Assembly: GCA_000091205.1 (NCBI GenBank) | Contig: AP006492.2 | Source: Cyanidioschyzon merolae | Taxonomy: Eukaryota | Strand: one strand, 5' to 3' | Length of the DNA: 64,000 nt | In this document: positions 34,660 to 45,405 of the stretch, in pieces | Layout: each line of letters starts with the position of its first letter | How positions within the stretch are numbered: position 1 is the first letter of the stretch | Notes under the pieces: model-generated | The model's database searches: none | Seen by the model: the letters and a program-made list of their open reading frames with translations, nothing else | Told to the model about the DNA's origin: nothing | Program-made: the position numbers and the translations under genes

Positions 34660-36453
34660 TTAGTACGAGCGAGCGAAAATCGCCATGTGCGTCGCCGGGC
34701 GGCCGCTGTAGAAGCATTTCTTCCCGCGTGCTTCATCCTGAGAATCGAGCGGATAGCAGCGTATCGTCATCTTACAGTCCTGTTTGATAATGGCTTCATT
34801 GGTGGCGTCATCGTGCCACGGGACCAGAAAGAAGCCCGTTATATGCTGCTCGTCGTTGCTCTCGTTTCCATACGCTGCTGCATCTTGGTTTGAAGGCGTA
34901 AGGAAGCGTTTCATTTCGTCGTAGCTTTCTACCCGACGCGTGTGCTCCCGCAGAAATCCCTTTGCATTGTTGAATAGCCGCTCTTGGAATGCATCTAAAC
35001 GCGCGATGACGGATTTCGTCCAATGGTTATCAAAAGCGAGTTTCTCTTTCGAACGAAGACAACGGTCAACCAGCACGATCTGTTCCGCTTGCAGATCTCT
35101 CATGCCTACTTCAATACGCAGAGGTACCCCGCGACGTTCCCATTCAAAGTATTTCGCACCGGGGCGTATATGATCCCGTGCATCGACGTGGACGCGGACA
35201 CCAGCGCGTTCCAGTGCATCCTGCATTTCCTGGCAGCGTTGGCGAACGAGGCTCTGCTCCGTGGCGTCCTTGGACTGGATGGGAACAATCACCACTTGAA
35301 CAGGGGCCACTCGTGGCGGCAACACTAGACCATGGTCATCGCTATGGGTCATGATGAGCGCCCCGATGACACGCGTGGAAAGCCCCCAGGATGTGGCCCA
35401 GACGAGCTCGCGAACACCAGAATCGGCGCTCTGGTACTCGACATCGAAAGCGCGGGCAAAATTCTGCCCCAGAAAGTGAGACGTCCCCGACTGCAACGCC
35501 CATCCGTTCTGCATGATCGCCTCGAGGGTGAAGGTTTCCTCGGCACCTGCAAACCTTTCCGAGGAACTCTTTGTGCCGACGATCACCGGGATCGCTAACC
35601 ATTCCTCGAGAAACTTCTGGTACACGGTGAGCATTTCACGAGCCTTTGCTTCCGCCTCAGCGCTGGTAGCATGCGCTGTGTGCCCCTCCTGCCAGAAGAA
35701 CTCTAGGGTTCGGAGGAAAGGGCGCGTTCGCAATTCCCAGCGCACGACATTGCACCACTGGTTCACCATGAGCGGCAGGTCTCGGTACGACTGGATCCAC
35801 CTTCCGAACATGTGCCAGACGATCGTCTCGCTCGTCGGTCGCACGACAAGCGGCTCTTCGAGTCGAGCCTGCGGGTCTGGTTCGAGTGCTCCCGGAGCGC
35901 CGTCGGGCGCTGCTCGCAGTCGATGATGCGTCACCACAGCACACTCCTTTGCGAAGCCCTGAACATGCTCGGCCTCGCGACATAGGAACGACTGGGGAAT
36001 CAAAAGCGGAAAACTAACGTTTTGAGCTCCTGTTTGTCGAATTCTCCGATCCAGCTCCTCGCGAATAAGCTCCCAAATCGCCCAGCCGTGTGGTCGGAAC
36101 ACTAGGGACCCCTTGACCGGCGAGCTATCTGCTAGCTGCGCGGCTGCAATCACGTCCAAGTACCACTGAGCGTAGCTTACGGCCCGTGGGGTAATAGAGC
36201 CCTGCTCAGAGGAGCGAGCAGGCGGCTGCCCGGCGGCGATGACCCCCGGTTGCCTTCGTGACGCCGACGCGTATACCCGCCCCGCGTGCGCACTCCGAAA
36301 CCTGTAGCTGGGTGCAGGTCTCCCGCAAGCACGCCGCTCGTGGATAGCGCGACCACCTGAGCAAGCGAAGCGTCGCTTCAGACACCAGTTTACGGACGGC
36401 GAAGTGAATGCCACGCGATCCACGCTTTCCATTCGCAGCCTCAGGCGAAGCAT
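34660..36453 (-). CDS. Prolyl-tRNA synthetase (class II, eukaryote/archaeal type) with ~90-aa N-terminal presequence
   Basis: The 597-aa ORF: YAQWYLDVIAAAQLADSSPVKGSLVFRPHGWAIWELIREELDRRIRQTGAQNVSFPLLIP..., a class II core, an anticodon-binding domain and the C-terminal zinc-binding-type domain ending ...FYSGRPATHMAIFARSY. Confidence 0.9.
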   Translation of the reverse strand: MLRLRLRMESVDRVAFTSPSVNWCLKRRFACSGGRAIHERRACGRPAPSYRFRSAHAGRVYASASRRQPGVIAAGQPPARSSEQGSITPRAVSYAQWYLDVIAAAQLADSSPVKGSLVFRPHGWAIWELIREELDRRIRQTGAQNVSFPLLIPQSFLCREAEHVQGFAKECAVVTHHRLRAAPDGAPGALEPDPQARLEEPLVVRPTSETIVWHMFGRWIQSYRDLPLMVNQWCNVVRWELRTRPFLRTLEFFWQEGHTAHATSAEAEAKAREMLTVYQKFLEEWLAIPVIVGTKSSSERFAGAEETFTLEAIMQNGWALQSGTSHFLGQNFARAFDVEYQSADSGVRELVWATSWGLSTRVIGALIMTHSDDHGLVLPPRVAPVQVVIVPIQSKDATEQSLVRQRCQEMQDALERAGVRVHVDARDHIRPGAKYFEWERRGVPLRIEVGMRDLQAEQIVLVDRCLRSKEKLAFDNHWTKSVIARLDAFQERLFNNAKGFLREHTRRVESYDEMKRFLTPSNQDAAAYGNESNDEQHITGFFLVPWHDDATNEAIIKQDCKMTIRCYPLDSQDEARGKKCFYSGRPATHMAIFARSY

Positions 36454-36517
36454 CAGCGAAAACGCAGAAAACTGGTGTGTGCTGCTCGCCCGGGTGTAGC
36501 GTTCGCTGCCAGCGGCA

Positions 36518-38533
36518 GTGCGCTGCGGCCTCGACGATGTCGCCTGGGCGCGCGCGCGCGCCTCCTCCCCAGATCAAGACTCAGAGGCGGCGCTTCCGGG
36601 GATGCAACTCGTGCAGGGATTCTCTCGACAACGAGACGTGTCGTTTGTTCGAGTCTCACTCGGTTATTGGCGAGGAATGGTACAGCACGGACGACCACTG
36701 AAGCAAGTTCAATCACCACCGCCGCCTGACTATGTCATTGCCCAGTCAGTGGAGCCGCAGCCGATTCTCGAGGTGGCCAAAGCCGCCGGACTCGCTCCTA
36801 GTGAACTGGACCTCTATGGTCAATTCAAGGCAAAAGTTCGGTTGAACGTGCTTGAGCGGCTACGAGACGCGCCAACTGGTAGACTCGTCGTCGTGACAGG
36901 CATAACGCCGACCTCGCTGGGTGAGGGCAAGTCGACCACCACGGTGGGTCTATCGCAGGCGCTGGGAGCGCACCTGAACCAGCGGGTGTTTACGTGTTTA
37001 CGGCAACCTAGTCAGGGACCAACGTTTGGGATCAAAGGCGGTGCAGCTGGTGGCGGGTACGCCCAGGTCATACCCATGGAAGAGTTCAATCTGCACTTGA
37101 CCGGAGACTTGCATGCGATAACGGCAGCGAACAACCTGCTGGCGGCGGCGATCGATGCGCGCGTCTTCCACGAGTCTACCCAGTCGGACGAGGCACTTTA
37201 CCGACGACTGACAGCGAAAGGATTTTCCCCGATCATGTTAAAACGTTTACAGAAGCTTGGTATCGAGAAAACGGATCCAAAATCGCTGACGCCAGAGGAG
37301 CAGCGGCGCTTTGCGCGCCTCGATATCGACCCCGAGACAATCGCAATTCGGCGGGTACTCGATACAAACGATCGCTTTCTCCGCAGCGTTCGCATTGGTC
37401 TGGCACCCACCGAGCGTGGATACGAGCGACTCACCGGATTCGATATTACGGTTGCTAGTGAGATCATGGCGATTCTGGCACTTGCAACGTCACTGGCGGA
37501 CATGCGCGAACGCTTTGGGCGCATCGTCGTCGGGCACCAGCGCGGCACCGGTTTGCCGATCACCGCCGATGACCTCGGCATCACTGGTGCACTGACTGCG
37601 CTCATGAAGGACGCCATTATGCCGAACTTGATGCAGACGCTGGAAGCGACGCCGGTCTTTGTGCACGCTGGTCCATTCGCGAATATCGCACACGGCAATT
37701 CAAGCGTATTAGCAGACCAGATCGCATTGAAGCTCGTCGGAGCGGATGGATACGTGATCACTGAGGCTGGATTCGGTGCGGATATCGGTTTCGAGAAGTT
37801 TATGCATATCAAGTATCGAGCGGCCGGGACGGCGCCCAGGGTTGCGGTTCTGGTGGTAACGCTGCGGGCGCTCGCGATGCATGGGGCTGGCGCTGGCGTA
37901 CGCGCCGGTGCCGAGTCCAACATGGTGCGTCACATCGAGAACATCCGCAAGTTCGGTGTGCGTTGCGTGGTCGCATTGAACCGTTTCAAGGATGACACCG
38001 ATGCAGAGCTGGCGACAGTGATAGACGTTGCTCGACGTGCGGGCGCCTGTGATGCTGTGGTTGCGTCGCATTTCGAGCACGGCGGCAAGGGTGCTGTTGC
38101 GCTCGCAGAGGCCGTGGTGCGGGCTTGCACGGCGAGCACAGACGCGCAGCACGACGTGCCGCGCCTCCTCTATTCCCTGGACATGCCCCTAGAAGAGAAA
38201 GTGCGCATCATTGCCTGCGAGGTGTATCGAGCGGCGCGGGTCGAATGGACTGCAGAAGCGCGTAGAAAGTTAGAAAAACTGGAACAGCTTGGGTACGAGA
38301 AGCTCCCGGTCTGTATGGCCAAGACGCAGTACTCGTTTTCGGATGATCCTGAGAAGAAAGGCGCACCAGAGGGTTTCGTACTTCCCATACGAGATATTCG
38401 CTTGAGCGCTGGTGCGGGATTCGTCTATCCGTTGGTTGGCGAGATCCAGACGATTCCCGGGCTGCCGACCAGGCCCGCGTTCTACGATATCGATGTAGAT
38501 GTGGAGACGGGGCAAATTCTGGGCCTTTCGTAG
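36518..38533 (+). CDS. Formate--tetrahydrofolate ligase (monofunctional FTHFS) with N-terminal extension
   Basis: [26 protein letters not shown] (P-loop signature of FTHFS), [28 protein letters not shown], and full-length colinearity (671 aa). Confidence 0.9.
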   Translation: MRCGLDDVAWARARASSPDQDSEAALPGMQLVQGFSRQRDVSFVRVSLGYWRGMVQHGRPLKQVQSPPPPDYVIAQSVEPQPILEVAKAAGLAPSELDLYGQFKAKVRLNVLERLRDAPTGRLVVVTGITPTSLGEGKSTTTVGLSQALGAHLNQRVFTCLRQPSQGPTFGIKGGAAGGGYAQVIPMEEFNLHLTGDLHAITAANNLLAAAIDARVFHESTQSDEALYRRLTAKGFSPIMLKRLQKLGIEKTDPKSLTPEEQRRFARLDIDPETIAIRRVLDTNDRFLRSVRIGLAPTERGYERLTGFDITVASEIMAILALATSLADMRERFGRIVVGHQRGTGLPITADDLGITGALTALMKDAIMPNLMQTLEATPVFVHAGPFANIAHGNSSVLADQIALKLVGADGYVITEAGFGADIGFEKFMHIKYRAAGTAPRVAVLVVTLRALAMHGAGAGVRAGAESNMVRHIENIRKFGVRCVVALNRFKDDTDAELATVIDVARRAGACDAVVASHFEHGGKGAVALAEAVVRACTASTDAQHDVPRLLYSLDMPLEEKVRIIACEVYRAARVEWTAEARRKLEKLEQLGYEKLPVCMAKTQYSFSDDPEKKGAPEGFVLPIRDIRLSAGAGFVYPLVGEIQTIPGLPTRPAFYDIDVDVETGQILGLS

Positions 38534-39041
38534 AGTTTGCTCGCAGACGCTGTGTCCAGGCTGCAGCGATATGATTCGCGATGCGGACACGGCACTGCCC
38601 AGGAGCGGTTTTATGCGTCGAAGCGGATCGAGTCCGTTTGGGTGCCAGAAGCGCACGTCTCGGAACGACACCTGGAGCAGCAGACCGGCGTGCTCGCAGA
38701 CTCGCACCAGGGCCACTGTGAAGCCGTGTCGACGCGCTCGTTCGGCTCTGGACGAGCGCGCCCGAGCTGGAGCAGTTCATGAGCAGATCCAACCAGTCAG
38801 AGGGACTGGCTTGTGTTCCGAATCGCTATGCGAGCGGACACGGAAACGCATGGAGAAACAGGCGGTCCAGCGCATAACGAGCGAACTGCACTGAACCAAG
38901 ACGCATGTCAGGCGGAAGGTATCTAGGAAGGGAAACCCTATAAATGTACGTTGCGTTTACACGAAAACTTTGTACAAACACAAAAAAGACCTTACACTAT
39001 TCAGCGATCGCTCGCACGAGCGCTGCACCCCGGCGGGATGC

Positions 39042-39575
39042 TCACGCCTCGGTCACCTCAATATTCATTTTCTCGTCCTCGTCCTTCTTCAGCTTATTGA
39101 TGACGATGTTGAGCACCCCGTCCTTATGCGTGGCCTTGATGCTGTTACGGTCGACATTCTTCGGCAGCTTGAGCGAACGCTCGAACGCACCAAAGGCCCG
39201 CTCCGTACGCAGGTACACAACACGCCCGCCTTCGTCTTTCTCCTCAGCGCGATTCTCCTCGCGCTTCTCGCCGCGAATGGTCAAGAGGTCCCCGTGCAGC
39301 TCCACCTTCACCTGATCGCGAGGCACACCCGCGAGCTCCGCATTGATCTCGTACGCCTCGGGGGTCTCCTTGAAGTCCACCCGCGGCGTTATCATCGCCA
39401 TGACGTTCTGCGGCCTCGCGACCACACCGTTGGCCTTGGCCGGTTTCTGGTCATCGTACTGCTGTTGCTGTTGCTGTTGCTGAAGAGCAGCTTGACGACG
39501 CCGCGAGACGCGCGGGAACCCGAAAAACCAGTCGTCCATAAGGTCCTCAAACGGATCAAAGAAGTAGTAGCTCAT
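39042..39575 (-). CDS. Small heat-shock protein (alpha-crystallin/Hsp20 domain), cytosolic type
   Basis: The alpha-crystallin domain VDFKETPEAYEINAELAGVPRDQVKVELHGDLLTIRGEK...GAFERSLKLPKNVDRNSIKATHKDGVLNIVINK. A poly-Gln stretch derives from a CAG/CAA repeat. The ORF-track start at 39680 adds 35 aa, so the Met at 39575 (MSYYFFDPFEDL) is preferred. Confidence 0.85.
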   Translation of the reverse strand: MSYYFFDPFEDLMDDWFFGFPRVSRRRQAALQQQQQQQQYDDQKPAKANGVVARPQNVMAMITPRVDFKETPEAYEINAELAGVPRDQVKVELHGDLLTIRGEKREENRAEEKDEGGRVVYLRTERAFGAFERSLKLPKNVDRNSIKATHKDGVLNIVINKLKKDEDEKMNIEVTEA

Positions 39576-39920
39576 GGCTCGCTCACGTTTGTTCGTATTG
39601 CTTCGCACCGTTTTTCCGCGCTTGTATCTCACTTGCCTGGTTTCGCACACTGGTCTGTGTTCACGATGGAGAAACACCAAAGCGTAACAAAGCCATGAAT
39701 CGACGATCAGGCGTGCTGCTCTTATAGCTTACGTGGCGGATTCGCAGCGATTCGCGAGATTTCCCGAATCGCCGATCTCGCGCGAGATCCTCGGCGAAGA
39801 TTCGCGGCGCATCATCGAACGGATCGCAGATGCTGAAATACCGCGCGCAGCGAAATTTTTCCAACACTAGATTTCCATTTGTGTTCTAGCCGTGGAAACC
39901 TGTGAGAGAACCAGGGATTC
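39576..39920. promoter_or_regulatory. Bidirectional promoter shared by the two sHSP genes; contains heat-shock-element-like inverted pentamers
   Basis: tTTCccGAAt at 39760-39769 and cGAAgaTTCg at 39795-39804 are each two-unit nGAAnnTTCn elements, and further GAA/TTC-rich sequence lies at 39850-39900. The region lies between two divergent start codons 345 bp apart. Confidence 0.5.
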
Positions 39921-40640
39921 ATGCAATACGTATTGCGCTCACTGCAAGGAAACCTGAAAATGTTGGGTCAAGCAAGTGCAAAGCTGAACTTTGTCGTGCC
40001 GTTCACTGGCTCGTCTGTTGTGCTGCGGCGTCCGTTGATGACCCCAGTGGGCGGGCGCTCGCCGTATGCACCAGCGCTCGCTCGCAGTGTTGCGAAGCGT
40101 TCGCTGAGCAGCGCACGAACGAGCCTCATGCAAGCGAATGCGAACAGTCGCGAACGTGATAACGAGCGGACGCTGGTTCGCGGACGACGGGACTGGGGCT
40201 GGCCGTTCAGCATCATGCGCCGCGATCCCTTCTTCATGTCGCCGCTGATGGACTTGGATCGTTTCTGGTCGGACTTTGACGCGCTCGCGCAGCGCAGTAA
40301 TGCGTACTTGCCGGCCCTGGATATCACGGAAACGAATGATGCGTTTGTGGTTAGTTGCGAGCTCGCCGGAGTACCCAGAGAGAATGTCAAGATCGCCCTC
40401 GATGGTGATATTCTTACTGTTCAGGGCGAGAAGAAATGGGAGCACGAGGAGAAGGACGCCAAGATGCATCGCATGGAACGCTCGTATGGTTCCTTCTCGC
40501 GGAGTGTGCGGCTGCCTACGGACGTCGTAGACGCAGAAAATATCAAGGCGCAGCACAAGGACGGCGTCCTGCGTATCACGATTCCGAAGAAAGTGAAGCA
40601 ACAAGAAAACGTGAAGGAGATTCCGATTGAGGTGTCGTGA
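39921..40640 (+). CDS. Small heat-shock protein (alpha-crystallin/Hsp20 domain) with ~75-aa Arg/Ser-rich presequence (organelle-targeted type)
   Basis: PALDITETNDAFVVSCELAGVPRENVKIALDGDILTVQGEKK...GSFSRSVRLPTDVVDAENIKAQHKDGVLRITIPK. It is divergently oriented to the sHSP at 39042-39575. Confidence 0.85.
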   Translation: MQYVLRSLQGNLKMLGQASAKLNFVVPFTGSSVVLRRPLMTPVGGRSPYAPALARSVAKRSLSSARTSLMQANANSRERDNERTLVRGRRDWGWPFSIMRRDPFFMSPLMDLDRFWSDFDALAQRSNAYLPALDITETNDAFVVSCELAGVPRENVKIALDGDILTVQGEKKWEHEEKDAKMHRMERSYGSFSRSVRLPTDVVDAENIKAQHKDGVLRITIPKKVKQQENVKEIPIEVS

Positions 40641-41210
40641 TCCGCAGTGGCAGTCTCGCTAACGCATGAAACCGTGATGCGTAGGCGCTTTTAAGGGATG
40701 TACATAGGGGCTTTCGATTTCGTTGTAAAGAGTGACGAATGCGCAGTTCATGAGCATCTGCACCATTGTCCGGTACTGAACAAGTTTGCAAACGCGTCGT
40801 GACCGTTGAACGAATAGGTCGCTTCTGCTGGCGCGGATTCCCTGCGATCCGCAGAGTCGTCGTGCCGCAGCAGCTGCCGCGTGCGCGGCTCGACTGCCTG
40901 TCTGCGCTGTTGGCAACCGCTCGGTCTAGTCCGGTACGAGCGTCGTCTTCAGAGCCGGGAGCACGGCATCTCGACCGCAGCGTGTGCCGCTGTTTTCACG
41001 CATCCCGCGAACCTTCCCAAGACGATCGAGGCTGGTCTGGAGGCAAGGCCTTTGCGAAACGCCAGATCGGGATCCGCTCCAATGCTGAAGCCGACCCTCG
41101 CCCCGCTACCCGCGCCAGTGACCCCCCGGGCAAGCGGCAGTCAGCGAGGCAGCGCACTCCGCAGTGCGTTTTGCATACGGCACGCACGATGCCGAACCTG
41201 GTCGATTTCC

Positions 41211-42545
41211 TCAACTGAGTCGTATTTCGTAGTCGCTCGCTCTGGTGATGTAGCGGACCCAGGGGTAGGAGGTGTAGCCCTCGCGGCTCCAAACCTTCAG
41301 ATACCGCACTTGCATGCCACTGATCGTAAAATATGGAATCTCGAACTGGATCTGAATGGGTCTTCTCACCACTGAGTTTCTACTGGCAGCATTGGCAACC
41401 GAGGGCAAGCGAAAATAGCCTTGCAAGCTGTTCTCGCGTTGGCCAGGAAACTGTTTCATCCGCCAGTGCAGTGCATCCTTCTCGGGAGCGTACTTGACAC
41501 GACCCGAGCTCACCTGAAATTTTGGTGAATCAGCATCCTCCGGGACCGGTACCCAGATGGAAACGTCGTTCGCGGTGAGTCCCGCCTTGAAAAGCGAGCG
41601 AGCCCGAACCAAATAATCGATTCGATGGGAAGCCATATCCATTGCGGCATCCGCTGAGAAGAGCGGCCGCAGCGTCGGATTCGCCACCCGGTAACTCATG
41701 AGCTCGAACTCGCCATCCGGAGGAATGAAGGAGATGACGCGCTCCGTTTCAAACCTGGGTAATTTGACACATTGATGAAACTTGACATCTTCCAGCTCGA
41801 TGGCGCCGGTGTTCGGCGGCGTGGTGCCAGCGCTGCCGCTCGCACCGCTGCCGCGCTGCTCGATCTGGATGCTTTCGTTGAGCCCGAGGTTCAGCTCCGG
41901 CATTCCGGAAAGAAAGCATTTCACAACGATGCTGCCATGGATGCCTGCCCGCAAGACGTTACCTTGGGGTCCAATAACCATATTGACGGTCTCAATGACA
42001 TCGAGGAAGACCTCGTTCCGGTTATGATGGATGCCCTCAGAGCGCCAGCTCACCGCATTCGTCAACGCCATGGGTGGCTTGGGCTGTTCCATGACATGAT
42101 AGTCTTGGACGACGTATTCCTGGAGAATTTTCGGTTCAGTGGTCTGAGGGTAGCCAAAGTCCGCCATCTCATCGAGGAGCTCGTACACGATAACGAAGTT
42201 GTCGCGAATCGACTCTTCGACAACCTTGCCAAAGTACTCTCCAAAAACACGAATCATACTCGTTAAGAACGCGACGAGTGTCCCGCTGAAGCTGTACGGT
42301 GAAACGTCAACCGCGATAAAGTAGAGATCGTTGTGTTTCACTGTCGCAAAGTAGTATGCCCCGTTCTTCACGGGCACTAGCGGTGGGGTGCCCGCGGCGT
42401 CCCCGCTGCCGTTCGTCCACGCGTTGCGCTCGAGTCCGAGGCGGAAAGCCTCCGCTGCTTCCTGAAGGTCAACTTCGCCCCGAAAGTCGCGGGCTATTAG
42501 CAATCGACCTCGCGAGTCAAGAATTAGTACTGCAGTGACCGGCAT
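41211..42545 (-). CDS. Adaptor-protein complex mu subunit (clathrin adaptor medium chain). The ORF extends to 42623 but the Met at 42545 (MPVTAVLILD) is the likely start.
   Basis: The N-terminal longin-like domain MPVTAVLILDSRGRLLIARDFRGEV...YYFATVKHNDLYFIAVDV is followed by the C-terminal mu-homology domain (470 aa). Which AP complex it belongs to cannot be decided by eye. Confidence 0.85.
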   Translation of the reverse strand: MPVTAVLILDSRGRLLIARDFRGEVDLQEAAEAFRLGLERNAWTNGSGDAAGTPPLVPVKNGAYYFATVKHNDLYFIAVDVSPYSFSGTLVAFLTSMIRVFGEYFGKVVEESIRDNFVIVYELLDEMADFGYPQTTEPKILQEYVVQDYHVMEQPKPPMALTNAVSWRSEGIHHNRNEVFLDVIETVNMVIGPQGNVLRAGIHGSIVVKCFLSGMPELNLGLNESIQIEQRGSGASGSAGTTPPNTGAIELEDVKFHQCVKLPRFETERVISFIPPDGEFELMSYRVANPTLRPLFSADAAMDMASHRIDYLVRARSLFKAGLTANDVSIWVPVPEDADSPKFQVSSGRVKYAPEKDALHWRMKQFPGQRENSLQGYFRLPSVANAASRNSVVRRPIQIQFEIPYFTISGMQVRYLKVWSREGYTSYPWVRYITRASDYEIRLS

Positions 42546-42619
42546 GATCGTCTTTGGAAACGGCCGTCGGTGACCTACAGTCACGTAGCCAGACACGGGT
42601 TCGCGTGCACACTGGTGGG

Positions 42620-43972
42620 TCACCGAAGCGCCAACGCGTTTCGATGCTGCTCGCGAGGTCCGAACCGAGCGACAGCGTGGACGCTGGAAATGCGATACGT
42701 GGTGCTAAAACAGATCACTTGGGTAACCTGCCTGACCCGGGTGACTTTGGAAGACACCCGCCCGCACGATCTGTCCCGAATAGCACAGACTAGCGTCACC
42801 GACTGGCTTCGTGAGGCGTCCGGCGCGCAGTTGCCGGCGCACCGCTCGTGCCTGGAGAAGCGCGCTGCTGGTGCGGGCACGCGTACCGGTCTGAGGGCTG
42901 CTGTCGAGGTGTTCCATATGGCCTGCTCGCGAGATGAGAGAAAAAATAATGAGGTGCGAAGCGAGCTCATGCGGGGCGAATCCTGCAACCCCGCGAAATC
43001 TGGCGGATAAGGGCACGTCATCCGTTCAGGACTGAGGTGCTTGTTTTGGAACGCTGACCTTTCTAGAGAGCGAGCTACACGAGTATTCACGAATTGCAGC
43101 GCGGGTGTTCGCTCATTCTTTTCCGACTCGGTCAATATCCATAGGAAACCTTTATAACTTTCCGTGTGCACTGGTATGAGAACGTTTAGGCTGCGTGCGC
43201 CTGCTGCGACGGAGTCACACGACATCGAGTCATAGACAACGGCCGCGCCCGAGTCTTTACGAGCAACCCGGTGTATGCGTGCTTGGATAGCGACTTTACT
43301 GTAAATGGCTGAGCACGGGCGTTGGTCCTTACCGCACGGCGACGCGCACGAACGCGTCAGCGTGAACGGTCTGAGCATCTGCTCGTGCACTAGCAAGGTT
43401 TGCGTACGGTAACTTGTAGAGCGTGCTAGGCATATGCTTGCCGCCACGTACGGCAACCGCTTTGCACGATGTAGCGCATGGAGAACGTATCGTGCCGAGG
43501 AAAGCGTGCCGTTGTTCATACACTGGGCGGTGGATCTCGTGGCAGGAACGAGCTTGGGTTCTCGTGCCATGCTATTCCTGGGGTTTTTACGAATGGGACG
43601 ACGGAAATTCGTCGGGTCGGTTTCTGGAAGCCGCAGGTGTCTAGCTTCGCTTTGCGAGGAGCGCGCTCCGAGACAGGCCGACGCGAAAACCCCCTGCTGC
43701 CATTCGTGATTGGACAACCGCCGCGGGGGTATTTTGAGCGTCCGTTGATTTGCTAGAAAGCGGTGCCATGGCTTTGGTGCCCAGTCGCTGGCCGATATGT
43801 CGTGTCGCTGTCGAGGGTTTCGCCGCCTCAGTGCCGGTGCGACTATTTGGCGCTGCCCGAGCCCGGCGAGTGGTGGTCGCCTGACGACTGCGCGCACCGC
43901 GTTTTGCTTTGGAGGTCTTCTCGAGCTCGCTTCCAAAGCTGGACGCATCCGACTCTGAAGAGAACGATTCAC
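42620..43972 (-). CDS. Hypothetical ORF (450 aa), Arg/Ser-rich, no recognisable domain; possibly partly spurious
   Basis: At ~3% stop-codon frequency an open frame of this length is unlikely by chance. The composition is not globular-protein-like, and the frame overlaps the ORF at 43641-44543 on the same strand. Confidence 0.2.
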   Translation of the reverse strand: MNRSLQSRMRPALEASSRRPPKQNAVRAVVRRPPLAGLGQRQIVAPALRRRNPRQRHDISASDWAPKPWHRFLANQRTLKIPPRRLSNHEWQQGVFASACLGARSSQSEARHLRLPETDPTNFRRPIRKNPRNSMAREPKLVPATRSTAQCMNNGTLSSARYVLHALHRAKRLPYVAASICLARSTSYRTQTLLVHEQMLRPFTLTRSCASPCGKDQRPCSAIYSKVAIQARIHRVARKDSGAAVVYDSMSCDSVAAGARSLNVLIPVHTESYKGFLWILTESEKNERTPALQFVNTRVARSLERSAFQNKHLSPERMTCPYPPDFAGLQDSPRMSSLRTSLFFLSSREQAIWNTSTAALRPVRVPAPAARFSRHERCAGNCAPDASRSQSVTLVCAIRDRSCGRVSSKVTRVRQVTQVICFSTTYRISSVHAVARFGPREQHRNALALR

Positions 43973-44543
43973 TGGATGAGTCCGTATAGACTGTATCCGT
44001 TTGATCGATCTCGTCGACTTGGTCTACTTCATCCACTTCGTCAAGCTCAGCTTCCTCTAACTCTGACTCGGACAGTTCCTTGTACGCCTTTCGACGATGC
44101 CCAGTGAGACGCGCCGAGGCCCGCCCGCGAGACTTGCGCGTCGACGGGGGCGACCTGGACTTGTTGTCAACGGACGTTCCGGCCTCCTTGCCCGATGAGG
44201 CGCGTCTCGTGGCGCGCTTCGGTCTTTCTACTGAAGATTGACCGGACGGGCGGCATGGAGAAGCACCAGGATTGCGTGCATCTTCGTCTGACGCGTCCTC
44301 GCTGAAAACCGTTGCAGTCGTGATACTATGGTAAGGCGGCGAAGGCGCTGGGGCCGCCTCCGCCTCCGCCTCCGCCTCCCCTGTTGGCTGTTCAACGGTG
44401 GTGCTCGGTGGACTCGATTCGAAATCAGAGTCTCCATCCTCGTTGTGACAAGAATCAGCCGCAGTGCTGCTAGAACGCATGAAAACTAAAGAAACGTATG
44501 AGCGGTAACTCGAGAATACCAGCGAAAGCTCACGAATACGCAA
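43641..44543 (-). CDS. Hypothetical acidic Ser-rich protein (300 aa), likely intrinsically disordered
   Basis: Acidic tracts (ELEEAELDEVDEVDQVDEIDQTD), Ser/Thr-rich tracts and basic patches. Coding status is inferred from ORF length only. Confidence 0.3.
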   Translation of the reverse strand: MRIRELSLVFSSYRSYVSLVFMRSSSTAADSCHNEDGDSDFESSPPSTTVEQPTGEAEAEAEAAPAPSPPYHSITTATVFSEDASDEDARNPGASPCRPSGQSSVERPKRATRRASSGKEAGTSVDNKSRSPPSTRKSRGRASARLTGHRRKAYKELSESELEEAELDEVDEVDQVDEIDQTDTVYTDSSSESFSSESDASSFGSELEKTSKAKRGARSRQATTTRRARAAPNSRTGTEAAKPSTATRHIGQRLGTKAMAPLSSKSTDAQNTPAAVVQSRMAAGGFRVGLSRSALLAKRS

Positions 44544-45405
44544 CCAAGAACAGTATCCGCTGCTCCGAGCGGCGCTGGAGGTACCTCCCGCGTACGCCGG
44601 GCCGCTGCTGGCTGGCGCGCGTCCCCGAACGCTACCGCAGCGGGGCGTGATGCTGCTGCCTTCGTGCTGGCCGCTGCTGCAGCGCGGACGCTTGATTGAT
44701 GGAAATCCCGCGGCCGCTGCGTCGACGCAGCGCGGGACTCGATTCGTTCAGCGCTCGCGCGCGCTCGAAGCGCGCGAAGCGCCGATCCCGCCATTCGCTG
44801 GTACGGGGGCGTGAAGGCCTCGAAAGGCGTTTTGGAATAATATGGAAGAAACGGACACTAATGTGCACGCTGCACGGCTCCAAACTGGGTACGCAACATA
44901 GATCCGCCTGCGGGTGTCATTCAACGGTCAAAAGGGACAGGCATTGGTACCCGAGCGTGCGTGCGGACGCTGCGCCTCGGCGTACGCGGGAGGTACTTCC
45001 AGCGCCTGCTCTCGCGTGCCTGTGTCAGATGCATGGAGCGCACTGGCCTGCTCGCTACGCTCCTGCCTTGCGGCTTGTTTCCGAACTCGTTTTCGTTGTA
45101 TATTCTGGACATTCGAAGTACATCCAAGAGAGTGTGTGAATTCATCGGAGGGTAGGTTCGCGAATATTGGTCGTGTTTTGGGGACCAGGTCCGCAGATGC
45201 TGTGCAACCGCAAATCCGTACGGCAGCGAAATAAAGATGATTCGATGCGGCCGCGAACGAGGCGCGGTACACTTTCGTATTTGATGAACCGATGCAAATG
45301 CCCGAGACTGCAAGCTCCAGCTTTCCTTGCGTAGAGGATGCTCGAAATACGCATTCTTCACGCGTTCGATTTTGCTGTTTGAAAGCAACTCGTGGGCGTT
45401 GCTAT

